Assembly: GCA_002269645.1 (NCBI GenBank)
Contig: NIVC01001390.1
Location: 124,001-188,000 of the forward strand
DNA from: Macrostomum lignano
Lineage: Eukaryota
DNA length: 64,000 nt
Reading direction: 5' to 3'
In this document: one piece after another, positions 25,518 through 37,834 of the stretch
Numbering within the stretch: position 1 is the stretch's first letter
Layout: every line of letters starts with the position of its first letter
The notes under the pieces: generated by a model
The model's database searches: none
The model's input: only the letters and a program-made list of their open reading frames with translations
Told to the model about the DNA's origin: nothing
Position numbers and translations under genes: made by a program

Positions 25518-28500
25518 CTGCAAAATGATGTTATTGAATCAATATTTACATAAAATTGAGATATAAAATAACAAAACTACTGAAGCAAGCAAGTTTACGC
25601 AATCTTTATATAATTTTCATAGCTAAATTGAAAAGAACGGCCTATTGAAATTTTCGGGAGCGAAATATTTATTATTTCAATTTTTAAATAACTGCTTTTC
25701 GGCGTAATTAAACTACGAGCTAAAAATACTCGGGCCGCAAAACACCTGCGGAGACTCTCTGTTGCAAATCTTTACCTGATGCTATGCTCACTAAACCACA
25801 AATACGCATTGGGGGCACGAGGCGCATAGTTCATTTTTTCATCTCCGATATTTAAAAGCAGAAAGTTGAATCCAGGTCAAATATATTCCATTTCAACACT
25901 GTCAACTTTTACTGCATACATATCAATGAAATTGTAGAGCGATGTGAAAGCTATCAGGTCTTAGCAAATCTTACTTTTTTGAGACTTTCTCGGTTGATTC
26001 AACGTGCTCAGCATTACTGAGACTGCTTGCTCTGTGTCATTCTGTCACTTTTTTCATTCGACCTGTCTGTGCTAAACGGCAAGCTGTTCCGAGACACTCC
26101 AGAATAAAAAAATACGGTGAAACAGAAAATGTTGCAGAGATTCCAAGCTTTCATTTGCACTAATTTTCATTTGAAACGGATGGAAATTATGGATACTAGA
26201 GGCAACAGAAGCAACCGTACAAGAACTTTTGTTAGACAGTATAGTAGTTAAGCACGAATGTCTACCTAGGGTACAATGCCAACGTCTGTCGAGACTATTG
26301 AAAATCTTTACTCTGATTCTATGCTAACTAAACCACAAATATGTTTTGTGGGGCGAGGTGCATAGGTAATTTTTCTCATATCTGACTATAGATAATTAAG
26401 TAGAAAGTTGTCGACGTCAAAGTATCTTAACATCTTAACACCATTCAGTTTTACTGCATACATATACATGTAATTCTAGGGCGACTGGATAGCCATCAGG
26501 TCATAGCAAATCTTACCTTTGTTGTTCGTACAGGTCCGACCGGTTGTACTCTGGCGAGGAGGTATCATTTGGCATTGCTGATATGCGGCAGTGCTGAAAT
26601 TAGTTTTAACTGCTCATATCAGGAGAGGAAGTGAACTCCAGAGCATTTTATAAGCAACAAGTAAAAATAGAACCAACGCGAAAAATTCTCTTCTAAAGAA
26701 AAAAGAAACGCCTTCATTGACGAAATCCCACAGCCCCTAGGGGCTATTTTGGTGGGGATAAATGAGAAAAGGGGATTTTATGTAACCTTAAGGCTCTTAA
26801 ATGGTTGCGGTGACCTATAGAGTTGGCGACCATAGGATGCCACTATTTATTTCTTTTCATATCTAATTAGTTTCTCCCCCTGGTTCACCATTAGCGATTG
26901 AGAGGCCGGCTAATACTGGTGTGCATGCATAGAACTATACATAGGAAACTTCATCAAGGACCGAGTTTTTCAATGCGACTTCCGATTTCTATCTTAGGAA
27001 ATCGCCTACTGAAGAGTAGCAAGAGTGAAGCGAATCTCTAATCGTGTGTACGAAAAGTTCTACACCGATAGTCAAATTAGAACTTGTGTGTGGTCACAGG
27101 TGAGGTCCTAAACCCAGTGCATATAAGACTAGTTAACAGCGAGTAAGAACTGGGGATTGTGAGCAATTATCACTAAAGAGTTTGGAGAGTCACACGCGTA
27201 AGTTAAAGTTTAATAATTAGCTAACACTATCTACGAGCTATATATTCGCCGAAAAGAAGAAGTCAAAGACGTTCCAAAAATTCATTCTGCAGTTTATTTG
27301 CTTTGTAAAAATCAGTAAAACCTGAATGTAGTTCCAAATACTGTACACATTGTCTCCCAGATGAAATAGCGAGGCTTTACTATTCTAACTAAATGCACAG
27401 AAGTTTCGAGCATGTCATCGTACTAAGATCTCTCACCCAGCACAGTTCTATTGTAACTAATTTTTATCTGAAAAGTGGATCGATTCTTACAACTCTTACA
27501 GTTTTTCGTCAAATGTTTCTACACTGACAGACACTTTCGTGGGTCTCTGCGACGCGACGGTAGCAGTAGATCTGCTTCTCGACCTTGCTCTCGTTCATGC
27601 AGCTTGCATGAGCCATACATAATTCTCGACATCGAATTGGCGGAACGAGTTTCGGTGATCAGGCAAAATCCCTCGCGCAGGCCTTGCATTAGAAACTCAC
27701 GGTCATCTTCGTCTTGAAGAAATCTGGACGACGCAGATTCATGCAGTTGGCATTGTTCCTGTGAAAAGCGTCAGGGATAAAAGCAAAGTTAACATTAATA
27801 GGAGTACTACCCAATGGAGTTCCTGATATTTGAGCTGAGCTCTTATATAAGTCGCGATTCTGCTAAGTCTAAGTAAATAATAAAAATTAATTAAAGTTTA
27901 AATTCAGCTGATAATTTTGTCTACATGACTTATTGTGCTTTTCGCTGAATAAAGTTAGATTTTCACATTTCGAGTAAGTCAGATTGCGTTGCCGTATCGC
28001 ATTGACAAGGGTGCAAGACGCCATCTGCCTCCCGTCTGATCGCACGCCGAGGTCCATTACTGTAAGAGTTGGATCTTCAAGCGGCCTTGAAAGCAAAGAC
28101 TACCTTGCGTTGAGAGCTTCATAGATGGGGCTGTCATAGCTGGAGAAGGTCTCAATCTGGTTGTCGCAAGTAGGATTGAATGCATCAATGGCATTGACTT
28201 ATTATACTTGACTCAGCTTCAGGGGGTCCAGGCATCCGGATGCAGCGAGAAATGATTAAAAAGAATTAATGCACTGAATAAAATACACTGTTGCATTGTG
28301 TGTTTAAAGCGGAAGCTTTATGTCTCCAAAATAGTCATCAAGTTGGTTACAGCGCGTGTGTTGTCGAAAACGCACTGTTTCGGTGACGGAGTGACGTCGC
28401 TCATTCGTGAATCGTGACTGCATGGGTGACGAACGCTGAAAATGGGAGATTACGCACTTAAAAACAATATTAATAGCAAACTCGTACTTCCCAAAAACTA

Positions 28501-29168
28501 ATTTCCCTAGTTTCTAATTTATTTTAGCTTGCCTACAAATAGTAGTGAGAGAAGAGTGTGAAGTTTATTTCTTTTCGTGTGAGCCAAAAATCTGCACCAG
28601 TAGTCAGTGGTCGCAGGTGATGTTCTCAGCTCAGGGGATATGACCAGCTGATACTAACTTAAGTAGCTTTGACTAAAGACCACAAAACTTTTTAATCAAG
28701 CATAAAGTATGTATGTCCTATATTGATAGTCCTATTTTCATAGTTACCACTTCAGAGATTGGAAAGAGATTAAAGTTATAAATCAAACAATTTTCTATAC
28801 CCGCCAAAATGAAGAGTCAACGAAAAATAATTCTTCCAAAAAATTATTTGTGTTTATTTCTGTAGAATACAGCAAGAGCACGAATGCAATACAATTCCAT
28901 GGAATGTGCAAAAAGATGGATAAGTAAATTCCATGGAACATTCCGGTACAGTTCCCGGAGATAAGATCGAAACTATTAGGTGTCGTTATAAGCTCTCAGA
29001 TCTCAACCGAGTTGGTAATTTGAATTCAAAAACTGCACGATGGCGATCTGCAATGGAATAAGATTATTTTTTAATATTTAGTAAATCTTAAATACTGTTG
29101 GTAATATTTGTGCAACTCAAGTAACGAATATTTATGACTAGTATGTAGATCCGGGAAAACTTACTGGC

Positions 29169-29460
29169 TCAAAAAGTTTTGCCACCGACCGTACGGGCGA
29201 GATATACTTGAAACAAATTCTCCTCGATTATTTTTATTTTCAAAACGAAATCGTTATTTTTTCCATTAACTTCAATTGTCCATCCGATGCTTCCAAGTTG
29301 TTGAATAATATGATTTTTTTGTATACATTTCATTATTATTTCTACCTCATTTTTAATGAGCGTACCACATCTCTGATCGCCGATTGTTTCTTTATTTTCT
29401 TTTAAATTTGGAACAATAGACAGAATATTTTCGTAATTATAATTGGCAATCTCGACGAAC
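29169..29460 (-). CDS. Diverged family A paralog exon A2', copy 2
   Basis: Copy of 25226-25517 shifted by 3943 bp. Confidence 0.6.
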
Positions 29461-32400
29461 CTGCAAAATGATGTTATTGAATCAATATTTACATAAAATT
29501 GAGATATAAAATAACAAAACTACTGAAGCAAGCAAGTTTACGCAATCTTTATATAATTTTCATAGCTAAATTGAAAAGAACGGCCTATTGAAATTTTCGG
29601 GAGCGAAATATTTATTATTTCAATTTTTAAATAACTGCTTTTCGGCGTAATTAAACTACGAGCTAAAAATACTCGGGCCGCAAAACACCTGCGGAGACTC
29701 TCTGTTGCAAATCTTTACCTGATGCTATGCTCACTAAACCACAAATACGCATTGGGGGCACGAGGCGCATAGTTCATTTTTTCATCTCCGATATTTAAAA
29801 GCAGAAAGTTGAATCCAGGTCAAATATATTCCATTTCAACACTGTCAACTTTTACTGCATACATATCAATGAAATTGTAGAGCGATGTGAAAGCTATCAG
29901 GTCTTAGCAAATCTTACTTTTTTGAGACTTTCTCGGTTGATTCAACGTGCTCAGCATTACTGAGACTGCTTGCTCTGTGTCATTCTGTCACTTTTTTCAT
30001 TCGACCTGTCTGTGCTAAACGGCAAGCTGTTCCGAGACACTCCAGAATAAAAAAATACGGTGAAACAGAAAATGTTGCAGAGATTCCAAGCTTTCATTTG
30101 CACTAATTTTCATTTGAAACGGATGGAAATTATGGATACTAGAGGCAACAGAAGCAACCGTACAAGAACTTTTGTTAGACAGTATAGTAGTTAAGCACGA
30201 ATGTCTACCTAGGGTACAATGCCAACGTCTGTCGAGACTATTGAAAATCTTTACTCTGATTCTATGCTAACTAAACCACAAATATGTTTTGTGGGGCGAG
30301 GTGCATAGGTAATTTTTCTCATATCTGACTATAGATAATTAAGTAGAAAGTTGTCGACGTCAAAGTATCTTAACATCTTAACACCATTCAGTTTTACTGC
30401 ATACATATACATGTAATTCTAGGGCGACTGGATAGCCATCAGGTCATAGCAAATCTTACCTTTGTTGTTCGTACAGGTCCGACCGGTTGTACTCTGGCGA
30501 GGAGGTATCATTTGGCATTGCTGATATGCGGCAGTGCTGAAATTAGTTTTAACTGCTCATATCAGGAGAGGAAGTGAACTCCAGAGCATTTTATAAGCAA
30601 CAAGTAAAAATAGAACCAACGCGAAAAATTCTCTTCTAAAGAAAAAAGAAACGCCTTCATTGACGAAATCCCACAGCCCCTAGGGGCTATTTTGGTGGGG
30701 ATAAATGAGAAAAGGGGATTTTATGTAACCTTAAGGCTCTTAAATGGTTGCGGTGACCTATAGAGTTGGCGACCATAGGATGCCACTATTTATTTCTTTT
30801 CATATCTAATTAGTTTCTCCCCCTGGTTCACCATTAGCGATTGAGAGGCCGGCTAATACTGGTGTGCATGCATAGAACTATACATAGGAAACTTCATCAA
30901 GGACCGAGTTTTTCAATGCGACTTCCGATTTCTATCTTAGGAAATCGCCTACTGAAGAGTAGCAAGAGTGAAGCGAATCTCTAATCGTGTGTACGAAAAG
31001 TTCTACACCGATAGTCAAATTAGAACTTGTGTGTGGTCACAGGTGAGGTCCTAAACCCAGTGCATATAAGACTAGTTAACAGCGAGTAAGAACTGGGGAT
31101 TGTGAGCAATTATCACTAAAGAGTTTGGAGAGTCACACGCGTAAGTTAAAGTTTAATAATTAGCTAACACTATCTACGAGCTATATATTCGCCGAAAAGA
31201 AGAAGTCAAAGACGTTCCAAAAATTCATTCTGCAGTTTATTTGCTTTGTAAAAATCAGTAAAACCTGAATGTAGTTCCAAATACTGTACACATTGTCTCC
31301 CAGATGAAATAGCGAGGCTTTACTATTCTAACTAAATGCACAGAAGTTTCGAGCATGTCATCGTACTAAGATCTCTCACCCAGCACAGTTCTATTGTAAC
31401 TAATTTTTATCTGAAAAGTGGATCGATTCTTACAACTCTTACAGTTTTTCGTCAAATGTTTCTACACTGACAGACACTTTCGTGGGTCTCTGCGACGCGA
31501 CGGTAGCAGTAGATCTGCTTCTCGACCTTGCTCTCGTTCATGCAGCTTGCATGAGCCATACATAATTCTCGACATCGAATTGGCGGAACGAGTTTCGGTG
31601 ATCAGGCAAAATCCCTCGCGCAGGCCTTGCATTAGAAACTCACGGTCATCTTCGTCTTGAAGAAATCTGGACGACGCAGATTCATGCAGTTGGCATTGTT
31701 CCTGTGAAAAGCGTCAGGGATAAAAGCAAAGTTAACATTAATAGGAGTACTACCCAATGGAGTTCCTGATATTTGAGCTGAGCTCTTATATAAGTCGCGA
31801 TTCTGCTAAGTCTAAGTAAATAATAAAAATTAATTAAAGTTTAAATTCAGCTGATAATTTTGTCTACATGACTTATTGTGCTTTTCGCTGAATAAAGTTA
31901 GATTTTCACATTTCGAGTAAGTCAGATTGCGTTGCCGTATCGCATTGACAAGGGTGCAAGACGCCATCTGCCTCCCGTCTGATCGCACGCCGAGGTCCAT
32001 TACTGTAAGAGTTGGATCTTCAAGCGGCCTTGAAAGCAAAGACTACCTTGCGTTGAGAGCTTCATAGATGGGGCTGTCATAGCTGGAGAAGGTCTCAATC
32101 TGGTTGTCGCAAGTAGGATTGAATGCATCAATGGCATTGACTTATTATACTTGACTCAGCTTCAGGGGGTCCAGGCATCCGGATGCAGCGAGAAATGATT
32201 AAAAAGAATTAATGCACTGAATAAAATACACTGTTGCATTGTGTGTTTAAAGCGGAAGCTTTATGTCTCCAAAATAGTCATCAAGTTGGTTACAGCGCGT
32301 GTGTTGTCGAAAACGCACTGTTTCGGTGACGGAGTGACGTCGCTCATTCGTGAATCGTGACTGCATGGGTGACGAACGCTGAAAATGGGAGATTACGCAC

Positions 32401-33111
32401 TTAAAAACAATATTAATAGCAAACTCGTACTTCCCAAAAACTAATTTCCCTAGTTTCTAATTTATTTTAGCTTGCCTACAAATAGTAGTGAGAGAAGAGT
32501 GTGAAGTTTATTTCTTTTCGTGTGAGCCAAAAATCTGCACCAGTAGTCAGTGGTCGCAGGTGATGTTCTCAGCTCAGGGGATATGACCAGCTGATACTAA
32601 CTTAAGTAGCTTTGACTAAAGACCACAAAACTTTTTAATCAAGCATAAAGTATGTATGTCCTATATTGATAGTCCTATTTTCATAGTTACCACTTCAGAG
32701 ATTGGAAAGAGATTAAAGTTATAAATCAAACAATTTTCTATACCCGCCAAAATGAAGAGTCAACGAAAAATAATTCTTCCAAAAAATTATTTGTGTTTAT
32801 TTCTGTAGAATACAGCAAGAGCACGAATGCAATACAATTCCATGGAATGTGCAAAAAGATGGATAAGTAAATTCCATGGAACATTCCGGTACAGTTCCCG
32901 GAGATAAGATCGAAACTATTAGGTGTCGTTATAAGCTCTCAGATCTCAACCGAGTTGGTAATTTGAATTCAAAAACTGCACGATGGCGATCTGCAATGGA
33001 ATAAGATTATTTTTTAATATTTAGTAAATCTTAAATACTGTTGGTAATATTTGTGCAACTCAAGTAACGAATATTTATGACTAGTATGTAGATCCGGGAA
33101 AACTTACTGGC

Positions 33112-33403
33112 TCAAAAAGTTTTGCCACCGACCGTACGGGCGAGATATACTTGAAACAAATTCTCCTCGATTATTTTTATTTTCAAAACGAAATCGTTAT
33201 TTTTTCCATTAACTTCAATTGTCCATCCGATGCTTCCAAGTTGTTGAATAATATGATTTTTTTGTATACATTTCATTATTATTTCTACCTCATTTTTAAT
33301 GAGCGTACCACATCTCTGATCGCCGATTGTTTCTTTATTTTCTTTTAAATTTGGAACAATAGACAGAATATTTTCGTAATTATAATTGGCAATCTCGACG
33401 AAC
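33112..33403 (-). CDS. Diverged family A paralog exon A2', copy 3
   Basis: Copy of 25226-25517 shifted by 7886 bp. Confidence 0.6.
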
Positions 33404-36229
33404 CTGCAAAATGATGTTATTGAATCAATATTTACATAAAATTGAGATATAAAATAACAAAACTACTGAAGCAAGCAAGTTTACGCAATCTTTATATAAT
33501 TTTCATAGCTAAATTGAAAAGAACGGCCTATTGAAATTTTCGGGAGCGAAATATTTATTATTTCAATTTTTAAATAACTGCTTTTCGGCGTAATTAAACT
33601 ACGAGCTAAAAATACTCGGGCCGCAAAACACCTGCGGAGACTCTCTGTTGCAAATCTTTACCTGATGCTATGCTCACTAAACCACAAATACGCATTGGGG
33701 GCACGAGGCGCATAGTTCATTTTTTCATCTCCGATATTTAAAAGCAGAAAGTTGAATCCAGGTCAAATATATTCCATTTCAACACTGTCAACTTTTACTG
33801 CATACATATCAATGAAATTGTAGAGCGATGTGAAAGCTATCAGGTCTTAGCAAATCTTACTTTTTTGAGACTTTCTCGGTTGATTCAACGTGCTCAGCAT
33901 TACTGAGACTGCTTGCTCTGTGTCATTCTGTCACTTTTTTCATTCGACCTGTCTGTGCTAAACGGCAAGCTGTTCCGAGACACTCCAGAATAAAAAAATA
34001 CGGTGAAACAGAAAATGTTGCAGAGATTCCAAGCTTTCATTTGCACTAATTTTCATTTGAAACGGATGGAAATTATGGATACTAGAGGCAACAGAAGCAA
34101 CCGTACAAGAACTTTTGTTAGACAGTATAGTAGTTAAGCACGAATGTCTACCTAGGGTACAATGCCAACGTCTGTCGAGACTATTGAAAATCTTTACTCT
34201 GATTCTATGCTAACTAAACCACAAATATGTTTTGTGGGGCGAGGTGCATAGGTAATTTTTCTCATATCTGACTATAGATAATTAAGTAGAAAGTTGTCGA
34301 CGTCAAAGTATCTTAACATCTTAACACCATTCAGTTTTACTGCATACATATACATGTAATTCTAGGGCGACTGGATAGCCATCAGGTCATAGCAAATCTT
34401 ACCTTTGTTGTTCGTACAGGTCCGACCGGTTGTACTCTGGCGAGGAGGTATCATTTGGCATTGCTGATATGCGGCAGTGCTGAAATTAGTTTTAACTGCT
34501 CATATCAGGAGAGGAAGTGAACTCCAAAGCATTTTATAAGCAACAAGTAAAAATAGAACCAACGCGAAAAATTCTCTTCTAAAGAAAAAAGAAACGCCTT
34601 CATTGACGAAATCCCACAGCCCCTAGGGGCTATTTTGGTGGGGATAAATGAGAAAAGGGGATTTTATGTAACCTTAAGGCTCTTAAATGGTTGCGGTGAC
34701 CTATAGAGTTGGCGACCATAGGATGCCACTATTTATTTCTTTTCATATCTAATTAGTTTCTCCCCCTGGTTCACCATTAGCGATTGAGAGGCCGGCTAAT
34801 ACTGGTGTGCATGCATAGAACTATACATAGGAAACTTCATCAAGGACCGAGTTTTTCAATGCGACTTCCGATTTCTATCTTAGGAAATCGCCTACTGAAG
34901 AGTAGCAAGAGTGAAGCGAATCTCTAATCGTGTGTACGAAAAGTTCTACACCGATAGTCAAATTAGAACTTGTGTGTGGTCACAGGTGAGGTCCTAAACC
35001 CAGTGCATATAAGACTAGTTGACAGCGAGTAAGAACTGGGGATTGTGAGCAATTATCACTAAAGAGTTTGGAGAGTCACACGCGTAAGTTAAAGTTTAAT
35101 AATTAGCTAACACTATCTACGAGCTATATATTCGCCGAAAAGAAGAAGTCAAAGACGTTCCAAAAATTCATTCTGCAGTTTATTTGCTTTGTAAAAATCA
35201 GTAAAACCTGAATGTAGTTCCAAATACTGTACACATTGTCTCCCAGATGAAATAGCGAGGCTTTACTATTCTAACTAAATGCACAGAAGTTTCGAGCATG
35301 TCATCGTACTAAGATCTCTCACCCAGCACAGTTCTATTGTAACTAATTTTTATCTGAAAAGTGGATCGATTCTTACAACTCTTACAGTTTTTCGTCAAAT
35401 GTTTCTACACTGACAGACACTTTCGTGGGTCTCTGCGACGCGACGGTAGCAGTAGATCTGCTTCTCGACCTTGCTCTCGTTCATGCAGCTTGCATGAGCC
35501 ATACATAATTCTCGACATCGAATTGGCGGAACGAGTTTCGGTGATCAGGCAAAATCCCTCGCGCAGGAATTGCATTAGAAACTCACGGTCATCTTCGTCT
35601 TGAAGAAATCTGGACGACGCAGATTCATGCAGTTGGCATTGTTCCTGTGAAAAGCGTCAGGGATAAAAGCAAAGTTAACATTAATAGGAGTACTACCCAA
35701 TGGAGTTCCTGATATTTGAGCTGAGCTCTTATATAAGTCGCGATTCTGCTAAGTCTAAGTAAATAATAAAAAAAATAATATTAAATTCAGCTGATAATTT
35801 TGTCTGCATGACTTATTGTGCTATTAGAATCAATACTCTACTTGATCTAATCCATCAGTGCCTCAGCAGAAACGACTATGCTTGAGCAAGACGCCATCTG
35901 CCTCCAGTCTGATCGCACGCTGAGGTCCATTACTGTAAAAGTTGGATCTTCAAGCGGCCTTGAAAGCAAAGGCTGCCTTGCGTTTAGAGCTTCATAGATG
36001 GAGAAGATCTGATTCTGGTCGTTGCAAGTAGTACTGAATGCAGCAATGGCCTTGCTTACTTGACTCAGCTGCAGGGGGCTCCGTGCGTCCGGAAACATCG
36101 AGGAGGCGTTGCCGCCCATTTCGCTAACCCCTGGCGACCACGGGCAGCTGGTGCTGCGGTGTCGCGCAGGGAGATCCGGTGGTGCCGTCGTCCTCAGGCG
36201 TGGTTCTTTGTCCGGAGAGTCCAGGATGT

Positions 36230-36480
36230 GGATGGTCGCTCGCCCGGTAGCCCTCGGGTTTCGGACAAGCTGGCAGAGATTCTCGGCCCTGAAAACGTCG
36301 GAGAGGTCCGGGTTTGTGCCGAGGTAGGTGAGCCTGTCCTGAGTAAAGGCGGGGCATTCACAGATGAAGTGCTCCGCATTCTTGACACCAGAGACGCAGA
36401 AGGGGCTTTCCTCGATAAGGATTTTCCCTGGAGGTGGCGACGCCTATCCAGCAATGGTCAGCTTATGTGCATTGATAAGG
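36230..36480 (-). mobile_element. Degenerate non-LTR retrotransposon (R1/I/LOA-like) ORF2 C-terminus with zinc-knuckle relic
   Basis: Minus strand: AHKLTIAG*ASPPPGKILIEESPFCVSGVKNAEHFICECPAFTQDRLTYLGTNPDLSDVFRAENLCQLVRNPRATGR. This fits the SP.C..C...ETAEH...ECPA...R...LG ... F.RATGR pattern. Confidence 0.75.
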
Positions 36481-37834
36481 ATGGTTTACAATGTACAGGC
36501 TTCAACGCTCTGTGGCTCAGTTGCTTAGGAGTTCAAGGATATGGTGGCAATGCACGCGGTGTCCGAATTTATGGTCAAGAAGCTCTCCAATTGGTTTCAG
36601 CAGGCCATGGAGGTCCTGATAAAGTGTTCTATCTCCCTCTTTCTCTCTGGCTCTTTAATGATTCTAAAACTGGTTTTTTATAGCCTAGCCCTGGCCCTAA
36701 ATCAGTATTTTCTCTATTATTGCAATATATTTTGTTACTAACACAATATAGCTCCCTGTCTTTTCTCTGTGTCTCCCTGTCTTTTATTTTTGTAGCATTC
36801 TTTTTGTAGTATTTTGCAGTTATTCGTATCACCTTTAGCACTCGAATTCTCCTTTTGCCTAAGTATATATATTTGATCATTCAAATTCTGCCTTTTCTTA
36901 GTACTCGCCTCTGTTTGCCTAAGTAGTAGATATTTTTCGAAGCAAAACCGTGAAAATAAGGCATTTCATATTCATAGTAAAATCCTTAATTCTTTTAGAT
37001 GAAATAGTTGCTTAAATATGCTCAAGAAATTTGTACTCGCTTCATTATTCCTAAATTTAATATTCTTTTGTTTAAAATTGTCCGCCATTTTTGTTTGAAA
37101 GCATATATATACGAGTAGAAATACAAGGTAAGAGACCGAGCTTCTCCCGTCTGCGAACTTGCTTGTGCCAACTATTGGTTCCAGACGAATCTTGGCCGCC
37201 TATGCTAAAAATAGAGCTGAGTCAGAGTTCATCATTTTAAGGCGTCCGTCCTGCCTTTTCTTCCCTAAGAAACACTGTTCATTTAGAGGCGTAGCCTTTC
37301 CCCTTCCCCCACAAGGTTGTACAGTCTTCCACAGACGAACCCCCCTTTCATCTCTCTCCAATTGAACAGGCGTATTGCCTTTCCCTACCCCCAGAAAATT
37401 TCTCTAACCAGGCGTTCTGCCAACTTCCCATCCAGACTTTGCTGTCTGTCGAACCCGGTCATTAATCCCCTTTAATTATTAGGCGTTCTGCCTCCTCATT
37501 TAATTCCCAATTAAGCTCTCTCCATGCCAACATTCCCTATTAGTTATTAAAATTCCCCATTAGTGCGCCCTGTTTCCCAGGCAACTCTAATCCATCGCAT
37601 ATCCCTTCCCCTCTCCCCCCCTCTCCTTCCCCCGGACTGATTAGACAGTATCTTGCCGCTCGGACACTCACGTTACCAGGAGTATCCTCACGCTTACTCT
37701 TTAAAAGTAGGACTATTTTAACATTTATCCCCAAATCCCTTTTTGAATTTATCCCATAGGCCCAATTAGACTTGTACGAAATTAGCATGGATTAAATATA
37801 TTTCCCCAGAGCCAAAAGGTCCGTCACATTCTCT

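Larger units (their letters stand above)
1..35830. repeat. Tandem segmental array of nine ~3.9-4.8 kb mosaic units (begins before the window)
   Basis: The marker cgattgacataatgaa recurs at 1, 4815, 9451, 13406, 17382 and 22211. From there an exact 3943-bp period follows (identical ORFs at 25265/29208/33151 and 27887/31830). Homology ends near 35770-35830. Confidence 0.97.
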
